Positions 24,240-36,846 of a stretch of DNA of 41,300 nucleotides are shown one piece after another. Positions within the stretch are counted from its first letter, which is position 1. The number at the start of each line of letters is the position of its first letter. The stretch is taken from contig WELB01000002.1 in the NCBI GenBank assembly GCA_009602725.1, positions 1,761,194-1,802,493 of the forward strand, given 5' to 3'. Made by a program: the position numbers and the translations under genes. The DNA comes from Spirogloea muscicola (Eukaryota). The notes below the pieces were generated by a model. The model saw nothing but the letters and a program-made list of their open reading frames with translations. It did not search any database and was not told the origin of the DNA.

Positions 24240-26700
24240 CATGTTCGTTCCTTCGTTAGTCCCCTTCTCTCGGGCTGGCGTTAGCGCTCCTCTGGCCGCT
24301 CTCGTCGACTATGTTCATTCCTTTTCCGGGCTGGCCAAGTACAGCCATCGCCCTCTACTGGAGGACTTCAGGGAAGGCTGCCGTTTCACAGCCATTGCCA
24401 AGAGCTCTTTGTGCCTCGCTGCATCCTGATGCGTTTGAGTCGCTGCCTTCGTCCTCGGACCTTCTGTCAGTCATTACAGGCCAGATCCATTGATGTTGTG
24501 CTGGCTTCTCACAGTCTGAACCCCCTTCTCGGAGAGCTTCTCTGCACAGACGCTGCTGCAGCTGCGCATCGGCGGACAGCGGGCCCGAGCCGAGCGCGAC
24601 GGCCGCCCTCTCTGGGGCACCATTGCCGTGCTTCCCAGCCCGCCGCGTGTATGAATCCACAGCGAAGCTGCGAGCGGCAGTGGCTCCACCATGCTATATT
24701 CCCCAGCCTCCTAGATGCACCCGTTTGACCCTACCCCTCCCCATGAGACAGCTCTTCTACAATTTGCCACGGTATCCAGGATGCTGAACGTCGCTGCTCG
24801 AAAGAAGCAGCAGCACGAGGTGACAATGGCTGTGAAAGGCAGTAAGGATCGAAATACAGTCCAGAAGAGAGGGTCAATCCGAAGTCGGTGTGAGCTGTGA
24901 AGGGCCAGCCCAGAGGAGGATATTCCAATGGAATGGACAGGATCGAAGGGGCCGGAGAGCGGGAACAAGCGAGGAGAACACAGCCTTTATTCGTTCTTTT
25001 TCTGGGCTTGGCTGATTGCAGCGATAGCCCTCTACTGGGAGTGTCTTTCAGTAGTGGGTAGTGTACGTCGTCAGATGTGCTTGCCGCCGTTCTGCACAGA
25101 CCGGAGACGACCGAGAGACTCAAGCGGCCTCTCAGCAGCTCCACGCCGTCACCATTTCCTTTCCATTCTGCAGCCATGGCGGCCTGGCGGGGGCACTCGG
25201 CCGGTCGGCCGGTCCGTGGCAGCCCACGTCGCGCCGGGCGGGCCCCGCCCCGCCCGCCGGCCACCGGCGACGCTGATGGAAATGCGTCAGGGGCCTGATG
25301 GACTTGCGTGACGGGGCCGGTCGGCCTGTTGACCGCCCCCGGCGCCTCGTTGACCGCCCCACGGCGCCCTTGATGGAAATGCGTCTGCGGCCGTGGAATC
25401 GACAACTTGCGGGCCAGGACAAAAGAGCATCCCCTGCCAGCCGCATTAATTTGTCGCCTTCTGGGGTAGGCGTCAAGCGGGGTAGATGTCGAGGCAGCTG
25501 TCACCCAAAAAAAATGCCACGTGGCATAGAGGAGGCCGCCGCGAGTAAGACAAGACAACATCCACGTGGCCGTCCGTGGGCGCCTTCTCAAACGGCGGCC
25601 GCCGTCTTTCAAACGGCGGCGCCGTTCTGCCATTGGCAAATAATAGGAAATAGGCTCCTACTTTTTTGCGCCTTTTCAGGCCGTTTCAGACCATTCTGGA
25701 GAACGACAGCGGTCTGGAACTCGTCGCGGTGCCGCTCACCCCTCCGAACTTTGCTCATCTATTACTGGACTGGCTGGCCAATCCCAGCTATCGCCCCCTC
25801 TACTGGAAGAAGAATGGCTCTCCGAATGGGGGCAAGGGCTGTGAGAAGGCCAGCCCGAAAAGAATTGACAAGGTTCGAAGGGGCCAAACTACGAAGGGGC
25901 CAGAGACGCCCCCTCTACTGGAAGCTACTTAGGGGCGATGCCCGGCTTCAACGCCGCTGGTTCGCTCGCCCAAGTCTTCCGCATGCGCCTGGCGGTATCG
26001 CTTCAACGCTCCCTTGCCCACGCCGTCCACGCGAGCAGGCCGCGCTATGGCCGCCGCCTCTGGGTCTCGGCGGAGTGCCTCTTTCCCTGCAGCGAGCTAC
26101 TCAGTCCTGATGTTGCTCACTCGTGGGTACTGAGCTTCCCTCTGCATCGTCTATGTGTTTTGCAGTGTTTTGAAGTGCAGTCCTTTTTCCGGCTCCTCTT
26201 TCTTTGGCTTTGGACATTGTCCATTCTTTTTTGGGCTGGCTTTGCCAGCCCCTCTTCTCTATGGGCGAGCACTTTCTTCTACTTTGCGCTTCCCCTGGCC
26301 CCTTCTCGTACTTTGTTCATTCTTTTTGGGCTAGCTTTTCCAGCCCCTATCCTCAATGGGCGAGCCCTTTCTTCCTCTACTGGAAGCCCCTCTTCTCTAT
26401 GGGCGAGCTCTTCTCTCTACTGGAAGAGTGTTCATCTTTTGCAGCTGCAAGTCACTCCAACTCGCGGCTGCCGACTCGGGGCTGCTAAGCTCGCATTCGC
26501 GGTGGTCTCTTGCCAGCCCCTCTTCTCTATGGGCGGGCACTTTCTTCTTGCATAGCTGTGTGGCTTTGGCAATTTCTTTGGCGCCTGTCGGCCCTTTCGT
26601 TCCTGGCCTGGCAATTCACAGCCCCCCACCCTCTGGATGAGCTTTACTTCTTTGAGCCTTTCGGGCGACTGCTTTCACAGCCATTGCCTTTCCACTGGGA
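24240..26700. repeat. Right cluster of the same modular repeat family
   Basis: Modules at ~24308-24362, ~24890-24955 (reverse), ~24985-25040, ~25740-25810, ~25807-25888 (reverse of ~3682-3760). Blocks 26088-26278, 26322-26370, 26460-26512 and 26546-26600 are reverse-complement copies of blocks in 4.0-7.1 kb. Repeated ccctcttctctatgggcg and tctactggaag sub-motifs. Confidence 0.85.
25514..25569. promoter_or_regulatory. Two G-box (CCACGTGG) elements, one within a 14-bp perfect palindrome
   Basis: ATGCCACGTGGCAT at 25514-25527 and CCACGTGG at 25562-25569. Function is not demonstrated. Confidence 0.35.
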
Positions 26701-26795
26701 AGTGTCGCCTCTGTCAAGAACCCCCCATAGCCCGGAATCCCCGACGCCCTAAACCCCCTGGACGCCCTAAATTCCCTCGCCCCCTCCCCCTGGCC

Positions 26796-29700
26796 ATGGC
26801 GCGCGGCGGCGGCGGCACGGACCTCGCGGCCGCCGCGCAGCGCGCTCTGCGCGACCCGGAGGTGAGCTCAGCGCGCTTTAACCCTAAACTCCTAAACCCC
26901 GAACCCCGAGAGCTCGCCCGGGGAGCTCACGGCGGCGGCGGCGGCGCAGGTGGCGTTCGCCATCGCGGGCGCGCTGGTGTACCTCGACGCCGGCGCGGCG
27001 GAGGCGGCGGCCGCCAGCCTCGGCCTGCCCGACCTCTACGCCATGGGCGCCCGCGCCGTCTGCGAGCTCGAGCGCGCCTCGCCCGCCGACGCCCGCCTCC
27101 TGGCGTCGGACGGCGGCGTCCACAGCCCGCCCCCGTNGCCCACCGCCACGTCCTGCGCGCGCTGCGCGCCGCCGGCGGCGCCGCCGCCGTCCGCCGCTGC
27201 ACCATCTTCACGGCCGTGTCGGAGGTGAGGTGACGCGCTGTGGTGTCCCTCATCGCAGCCGAGCAGCCATGCCCAGTGCCAAGCCCTGGTTTCAGAAAGA
27301 AATCTAATGTAGGGGCAGAGCCCTGGCATGCGCGCCTGAGCAAAGGCAAGCGGTGACCTGTGCAAAGCCAAGGCCAGGATAATCACAGTCCCTGCACTTT
27401 CAGTTACTAATTTGAGAGCCATTCCTTTTTACATCGATAGATATTTCTACTAATTATCCGGCCTAAGTTTCATTGAAAGCATGTACACGTGCAATCCCAC
27501 CTCGTTCAGAAAAAACTTGACCGAAATTGCAACGTCTGAAGGGCTTAGCGTTTGATACCGTGGCTTCGATTTATAGGGTTTTCTGGTGTCCCAGATATTG
27601 GTGTGTGCCCACTTTTGATGTCCGAGCGTCCCTTCTCACTGCCGTGCTTATTCAGACCGCAGCTGATCTGCGCTGCCCAAGCCCCATATGTGCGCGAGGT
27701 CTGGCAAAAGCGAGGTAGAACCTCTTGGCGCACTGACGCCGCTCTGTGGCCGTTGCCTTCTTGGCGCCAGGATGCGCATGCCAGCGACCCGGAGACGCCG
27801 CTGGGCTCCGACGCCTACCAGGAGTACGCCAGCCTCCTCGCACAAGACGTCGCTGGCTTCCGCCAAGCTTCGTCCTCCTCCGCTGAGACTCCAGAGGGCG
27901 GGCGCCAGTCAGCAGCTGGCGCTGGCCCTGCTAGCGCCCGGATCGGCAGAAAGCTTGGCGGGATCAACCTGTTCAGCCGCAACGTCAGCCGGTTTCCGAG
28001 GCCGGCCGAGGTGGGCGCCCATGGCCGGACCGGCAATGCCCCGCAAGACGGGCAGGACGCCGAGGGCGAGGCGAGGGAGCCACCATCACCTATCGAGGTC
28101 CACGTCCGGCATCTGCCGAGCCTCGTGTGCTGCCTCTCGCGTTCCACGTTCGTCTTCCCTTCCGCTGGTCACATCGCTGGTCTGCAACTGCCCTCGTCCT
28201 CCATTTGCAGGGTCGGCAATGCCCTCCCCTTTCCTACATAGCAGATGGCTTTGTGCTTCTAGAGTATTACTGATGAGTAGCTTCTGAAAGTGATTGCCGT
28301 TGCCCCTGATAAGTCGTGATGGTAATCTTCCAGCTACTAAGAATGACATGAGGCTCTAGTATATGCTGTGCTGGCACGGGTCACAGGCGCCACCCTCTTG
28401 CCTGTTGGATGTCTGCAATGCTGGGTCATCTGGAACAGCGACATGATGGTCCGTGCATACTCTGACAGGGGCCCCACTGGCTCGCAAGGACGCTGCTGGC
28501 AATATTGGTCCAGGGCTGCCACCCGCCACATCCATGCCCTTGGCTCCAGGCGATGACAACGTGCCTTCGGGCATCCCGCTTCTGGCCCACGCCATCTTTG
28601 AGCTACTGAGCGAGGTGGGCACTCCCAGACCCCTGGCGCTGACTCGTAGTACGACGTAACACATGAACGAGATGCAATTGTAGGGACCCAGTAAGACCAC
28701 ATTGACACGAATGACACCCACATTGCCGTGGCAGCTCTCGCTGAAGCCCGACATTTTTGCCCTTGGGGCGACATCGCATGCAGTCGCGCAACTCATGGCT
28801 GTCCTCAATCCGCCCCTCCAATCCCTCACCACGTCAAAGGCCAGGCAAGCCTTGGGATCAAAGCTGCTCATACACCCCTGTGCATCTCAAGGATTTGTGT
28901 GGTACACTACTAGTGTATGCAGCATGCTGCATACGCAGGGCTCCAACTATATCTTTGGTGCCTTTTTCGACACCCTTTACAGTCCAGCCCACACATACGT
29001 CGAGTGAAGGCTCTCTGTGAAGCTGAACTGAAAATACATCCTCGTTGAAGCAGTTGCTCTCGACCCTCTCTGCAGTGTGGCTGTGGTCCTTGTTGATAGG
29101 ACATTGGACTTGACGACACCCTGCACACATGCTGACAAGTAGGCTTATCGCTTGCCATCTCTTGTGTATGTTTTGTCGATGCATGTGCGCAATATCGGAG
29201 CTGCTCAAGTTAACTCTTCCAGATAGTTGAAGCATTGCAGTCATCATGCATCGCATGGCTATGATGTAGAGCTTCATTCAACTCTGACCCGGCTGGCCAG
29301 CTTGGCCTGTTATAAGATCAATCGTTCCCATTTTGCAGCTTCGTAGCACGGGTCTTTGACGGCCTGCACGGTAGGAGCCAGCAGTCCATTTCTGGCCAAC
29401 CTCAGAGAGCGCTTGAGGAAGGCAACATCCTCCCCAGAAATGTATGCAGCAAAGCAACTCTATCATAGCGGGCAAGCATGTCCACAATTGCTCATCTGGC
29501 ACGCCCTCTTGTATTCGATGTTATTCATCTCCTTTATTATGGAGGTTGTGGACATGAATACATAGGCCCGGTCGCTTAACACCAACTAGTTTTACATTGT
29601 CCAGCCCAGTTGCGTCAAAGTGCCCCTCAAGGTCTTTCCACTGGAGCCTCTCATGCCGCCAGCACCCTCAGCCAGCGGGGGGAAGAACAGCAGCGAAAGC

Positions 29701-31842
29701 CACCTGATGGGAGGATCCTTCGCACTCGAGGGCGACGACAGCATGAAGGACAAGCTGCAAGCACTTTCGGGGATGGGCATGAAGGAAGGCCTGCTTCTCC
29801 TCCGGCAGTGGCTGGAGGAGGCCTTGAGGGCAGAGAAGGTGAGGCAGTGAGCATAAGAGTTGCTTGAGCTCAATTAGGCTCAATAATCTACGAAAACGAG
29901 CATCACTGATCCTAATCTAGAAATCTAAGCAGGGTACCTTTGTATCTGTCGACTCCGCTGAGCACAGGTGGCGGTCCCCTCTGACCAGCTCCGACTTGGG
30001 CCGCCAAGCTCCAAGGACCTGCTTGCTCTTGTGGATCTGCTGACCACCCAGCTGAAGGTGGCCTTGCGTCACCGCGCTGTGATCCAGCTGGCAGCGGCAG
30101 CAGCCGTCGCTCTGGAGGTAGGGGGTCTCGTTTGTTGGAACTGGAAACTGGATTCTGCAGTTGCATGCTGCGAGGCTGATGCAAAATCGCCAACTGCTGC
30201 TCCATTGGCGTGTGCCTAGTAGAGCCACAAAGAGTGATTCGTCCCTGTTGCTTGTGCTGACTCTTGCAGCCTCCTGCTGGGCCCAGATGGGAGGCACTTC
30301 AAGGGGCCGAGAGGATCCTCTCTGTCAGTGCTGCGCTCCCAGGCCAGAGTCTTCCGTTACAGGTGACGATGCTCTATAGCAGTTCTTCTATACTGATTAT
30401 CTTGCTTTGCCTGATGCTCTACTGTAGTTTGTGTTGGCCTCTTGTCTGCCTATTGTAAGGACTTCAAAGCTTGCCTTGATCGCCCATGACCCAGCCATGC
30501 GCGCTTGTGCAGTTGCTGACGATCTCCTTGGGCTACGCTTCTGCTGTGCAGCTGAAGGACATTGTGCTAAGGAGTGCGAGGCAGAGGGGCCAGTCCCTCA
30601 TTGGGCTGCGGGAGGCTCTGGGAGTGACGTTGTTCAGCTGTGACAGCACTTTCCCTGTCAGTGATCACGTTTCTCAGCAGCAGTCGTCAACGTCGAAGGA
30701 CGAATATGAGCTCAAGGAGGCCCTGGTGGATGCCATCTTGTTGGTACCTCCCGCTTGGCCCCTCAACCTTCTTGCAGGATTGGAGAGCTTGCTGGAAAGG
30801 GGCTGGCTCAAGAAGGATCAGTCCGACAGCGATGCTACTTACCCAGCTGTCCAAGCAAAGCTGGAGCTCAGGGATAGAGTGGAGGAGCTCTTCCAGGTGA
30901 GGCCTCCTGCCGGCCTCTGGAAGGCCAGCCCTCCATGAAGCGGTACTGTTCAGGTGACAAGTGAAGCATTGGTGATGTTGACTAGCAAACAGGACAGACG
31001 AATGTAGAAGAGATTGATGAAAGGGAGCCTTCTTGTGTCGAAGCCAGGGACAGTAACTGCGTACTTGGCTGGCCTTGCAGCGCTTCAGTAGGATTGGAGC
31101 CATGCAGTCAAGAGCTGGTGGTGTGGCAGAAGAGAGGTCACTGTCCAGCCCGCTCCTTCACCAGCTAGCTGACAGCATACTTGCCAAAGGACACTTTCCT
31201 GGCCTCCAACACGTTTTTGATTTTGGAGTAGGGGGTTTCCTGAAGAGCGGCCTTGGCCGCCTCGGTTTGAGTCAGCAGGTGATGGCAGGGTGGATGCTCA
31301 TGCATGGTCGAACGAGTATATTGCCTGCTGGACAGAGCGTAAAAAAGAGTGTCAGTATTTTCAGCTTGGTGAATCCTTGGCAACCTGAGAAGTTTTAATC
31401 CATTTACAGCCCGCTTTCTGCCTTGGTATTATTGCTCATCCTTCTGACGGCAATTGTCATTGCTATGTAGGCAAAGGCAAAGCCAGGAGATTGTACTACT
31501 GTGCTGCTATTTGTTGTTGGTGGCATCTCCATACTGGAGGTGCGAGATGCTGGGTCTAACTGCTGGACCAAGCATCACAGAGTTTTGTAGGCAAGCATTG
31601 TGGAAGCTTCATTGGGCTTCACTATTGCACGCTGCAAGGAAGAGGCACTTACCTGAGGCTTAACAGGTTTGTACGCAACCGGCACAAAGGTCACTAAGAT
31701 TTATAGTTGTGCTTGATTCTCGCAGGTAAGTGAGATTCAGGGGCTCATGAAAAGAAGGATCTCGGAAGTGGACCTCTTGCTTGGAGGCTCTACGTTGCTG
31801 TATGGTGACGAGATTGTTGATCTTGTGACTGATTTTACATAG
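26796..31842 (+). CDS. MIP3: Sec1 family domain-containing protein MIP3 / SCFD2-like
   Basis: Exons include 26796-26861, 26950-27224 (ALVYLDAGAAE...GARAVCELE...HRHVLR...RCTIFTAVSE; single N at 27137 hides missing bases), 27771-28179 (AHASDPETPLGSDAYQEYASLLAQD...FVFPSAG), ~28469-28614 (GPGLPP...LLAHAI), ~28734-28844 (DIFALGATSHAVA), 29076- (SVAVVLVDRTLDLTTPCTH), middle exons at 29.3-31.3 kb (FLKSGLGRLGL), 31471-31539 (LLFVVGGISILE), 31726-31842 (DLLLGGSTLL...*). These parallel Arabidopsis MIP3 motifs as I recall them. Confidence 0.9.
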
Positions 31843-32835
31843 ACATGGGCACAACCACGTGGGTGCTGCTTCCGTGAGCGACCAAGTCTGCTTCAATCCC
31901 TAGCACTCGTTCGCATGTCTACGGAGATAGGTAGAGTGCCTGCTCAAGGGCCGTGTATTTACAATATCTGTCTGTCTGTCTGTACGAGATGTCAGCAAAA
32001 TATGTTGCTCCAAAAAGTAGAAGGCAGTCTTTTCACACGACCTCCTGCAGCTTCAGAAGATTGCAAATGGGGCTGTCCGGTACTCATGAAGAAGACCTTC
32101 ATAGAGCCTTCACTTTAGATGGCATGATGAAACGGATGCTGTGTACAGGCCAATGGTGTTGCTAAAAGTGCTCGCATACCTGATCATGAGCAGCAACTTG
32201 GAAATGTTAATCGTAATTCACATGACTTGCATGTACTAGACCACGTTTTCTTCTCAGCAAGCCCAAGAAACCCCAACAAGTAGCGCAAGCTTGCCAGCAC
32301 AAGCCAACAAGACATGTCATCCACGAGACTTCCTTGCAAGGGAAGCTGGCTGGCCTACTGCCCTTCTACAAGAACCGTTACCCAGCACCACATGATCAGC
32401 TTTGATGGGCCTTGCAGGCCAGGATCTTGTCCATGTCCATTAGCCAGCTCATAATCCAGTTAGAAGGACATTTGTCCAGGATTGGACTCCCTTTCAATAT
32501 CATGCGCACCGCGCGCCTTCCCCCGTCCATGCAGGAGGAGGAGAAGCTCTGTCAATAGGGGGCGACGGCTGTGAATGGCCAGCCCATAAGATAATGGACA
32601 AGGTTTTAGGGGAATTCTGTCCAAGCTTGACAAGAGCCCTGTCTTGGGTTGAGGGCTGGCAAACCACATTCATCGTTCTCCACGGTAAGAACTTCTCATC
32701 GAGGCCCTCTTACGCAGTGCTTTCTGCTGAGCATATGTTTGAAGCCAAGGAGTTGAGTCTGGCTCGAGCGCATCCCCTCGGCTGTCTTGTGCATCGACTT
32801 GTGAGCTAACTCAGAAAAAGGGGTCTTGCGTCTGT

Positions 32836-32875
32836 GGGTTTCGGGTTTTAAGGGTTTGGGGTTTAGGGCTTAGGG
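32836..32875 (+). repeat. Degenerate TTTAGGG (telo-box-like) array upstream of COP10
   Basis: gggtttcgggttttaagggtttggggtttagggcttaggg, ending ~135 bp before the ATG at 33011. Confidence 0.75.
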
Positions 32876-33010
32876 TGAAGTGTTAATGCCTTACCACGCT
32901 GCCTTGTAGACGTGCCTTGTAGAACAATAGTACTGGACCTTGGTGGACGTTTATTTCCCCCACTTTCACCCCACTTCAAAGGCTAGCTTGGGGCAGGCCT
33001 CTGAGGCGCC

Positions 33011-34269
<1,259 letters not shown>

Positions 34270-36846
34270 ATCAGCAATAATCTTTCTGGATAAGGTATGA
34301 CACTGAAGGCGCTAGCCAAGTTTATCGTGCATGCTTTACATTCGGTTAATCATTGTGTGCGCTGCTGCTGTGATTTGACACGGTGTTACGTGCTCTTCCT
34401 AATAACGCCAGTGGTATAGGGGCAGCTGCCATTTGCAGAGTTGCTTACCCTGCACAACCTGAGATCAGACCTTAAAATCAGGTGCAGACGTGCTGGGTGC
34501 CTGTAGGTGCAAAAGCTAGAGGAGCATGCATTTGTCCTTCACCCGTTACCTTGGTGGAACAGCTTTTCCTTGTGAGCTTGACCTTCACTCCACATGCAGG
34601 AGGTCTAGGATGCTTCACATGACTTCTTGACTACTAGCTTGGGGGCTGTCTGCTTGAGCTGCAGAGGTCTCGTGGATGTTGAGCTTTGTCCCTAAGACCG
34701 CTTACTTTCTACTTCAAGACCACAGCTGCAAGTTTACTTGCCCAGAGATCACTACACGTGTGCTTGGTGACCACAAGCACTTACTACATATAGCAGTAAG
34801 TCTTCCAGACAAGTGTATTAGTTGTGAACTGCTGGATATCGTAACATTCACTGCTGCCTTGGTGCAACTTCAGGTGAGGACCTGGTACTTGGAAATTACC
34901 ATGCTTGGGGCTCAAGCAGGAGAATCATTTGGCTTAATATGCACCTGTGACTTCTACAGTTGTAGTGACCCAGGCCTTCGCTTGATATCATGACTCTTGA
35001 GAAGGTGAGGTAGAAGCAAAAGTCGTGGTTGACTTTGTGCTTTAGGCTGAGGCGGAAGTCTTTGACCCAATTCAATGGCTTGGTACAGTCATGGCTCAGG
35101 ATGTGCAAGTCCTTGGCATCCACTTGCAGTTGTTGCAGCAGTGGTAAAAGCCTCCCATAATATGTACATGTCATGCACTTTGTGCAGGAAGGTGGCTACT
35201 GGCATTAACCACGAAGAGGCATCCTAGTCACAAGGCATCTTCGCTGAGGCTGCTGACACGGCTGAGCTGAAGCTGAAGCTGACATGTGAGCAGTGGAGAT
35301 GTGCTTGGACCTGCTGATCAAACGATCCAGCCACTGATGGCATGTGATGGCATCCTAGCATACAATGTGGCCATGGCAGTGCCAAGGACGTGGCAGCAGT
35401 GGAGCAACCGCTGTTGGAGGCTCTGAGAGCTTGAGCTTCTGAACAAAACCATGCAGGTGCACACTTTGTGGAGATGCAACAGCTACGTTTGCGGCTCAGG
35501 CACGCTCGGCCAGGATGAGGAGGCTGGAAGGTGCGGACTCCAGTTATCCATTGACGTTTAGGGGTCCACATCGCAGCCCAGCTTAGTTGCAATAAGGAGA
35601 GGAGGCCCTTTACAGTGCTCAATGCTTGCATGCTTTGGAGGCGACTCTGAAGTACCCAACGAGTTACCAGGATATCAATGTGGGCCACGTTGAGCTCAAT
35701 GATGATCTCCAAGAGCTATCTAAGGTTCTACGCGAGCACATCGGCTTCTCAAGGGTCTGACACCATACATGGTCAAGCAACATCCACTGCCCCTCACCTT
35801 CGGCCTCACTGGGCGGGCACTTTCCATGGTTGCCATGCAACCCCAGCCTCTGCTACACTTATCGCAGTGTCCTCTGTCTTGGCAGAGACTAGCTGACACA
35901 CCTTACTGGCTGAGTCGGTTCTGATTTCCAGCGCTAGAGCTTGCTATATCTGATCCGACCTGCAGTTAGTCTCATTGTTCCGGCCAGCCATCCCACAGCC
36001 ACTGCCCCTGCAGAGCATCCCCTTCCCCCTGTCATGCCACATGTTGCTCGCGGACGAACATGCGGCTCGTCGGGAGCATTGCCACACTTCGGAGTGAAGG
36101 TCACAATAGAAAGCGTTTGCGTTCAGGTGCACAGTCCCAGGACTCCTGGTGATCGATCAGGTCACTCTGGCACGCGGGTCCGGTCACCACTGTGACGCGT
36201 CGCTCTCGGTGTGCCAGTCGCGCCGCTGCGCCGCCCAGTGGCGTCACAAGATCACCCCTCACACTGTTATAGACAGCATCAGAGACATAGACAGCATCAG
36301 AGATTTCCATCTAGCACAGGTTAGGGTTTCCGAGGTCTTCCCGAAGCTGACGAGTATACCAAAAGGCCGCAGCCCACTTCAGGTCATGTGTGGTGGCGGT
36401 GGATATGACGCTGACGAGGGCGGTAACGGGTGACGCTCGGACCTCTCGGCATCGTCGGCTCACCAGGTGCGCCCAACAGCCAGCCGACAGGCAGCTCCCC
36501 CAACTCTCCCGGAGATTACGCCGTTCTCCGGGCGCAGCGCTCGCCGCCGCCACCGCGGCACCGGCCATGAGGCCGACGCCGGGCAGCGGCGGCGGCGGCG
36601 GCGGCGGCGGCGCGCGCGCCGCGGAAGGCGCCGCGAATGGCGGGCAGAGAAACCAGGGGCTGCGAGGGACCGGCAGGGCTCGATGCACCGGTGTCGTGGG
36701 GGCGCAAGAATACTGGGCCGGCACAAATCTGGCCATAGGGGGGCCCCCGGTGACAAACAGGGCTCTGGGCTGATTCTTCGGGACGTAGATCTGCAGAACG
36801 GCCGGTGCGGTTGACATGGGGCGGGTTTGCTGGGGGCCGTCATCNG

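Noticed and set aside
26095..26145. Hammerhead ribozyme (CTGATG followed by a hairpin)
   Set aside because: The sequence is CTGATGT rather than CUGANGA, and no GAAA follows the stem.
24240..26700. CRISPR-like repeat-spacer array
   Set aside because: Repeats are degenerate, in both orientations and irregularly spaced; the context is eukaryotic and no cas genes are present.
27130..27145. Frameshift suggesting MIP3 is a pseudogene
   Set aside because: The shift falls exactly on a single N (27137) where conserved residues are missing. Single Ns at 3593, 15162 and 36846 likewise look like unsized gaps in very GC-rich DNA.
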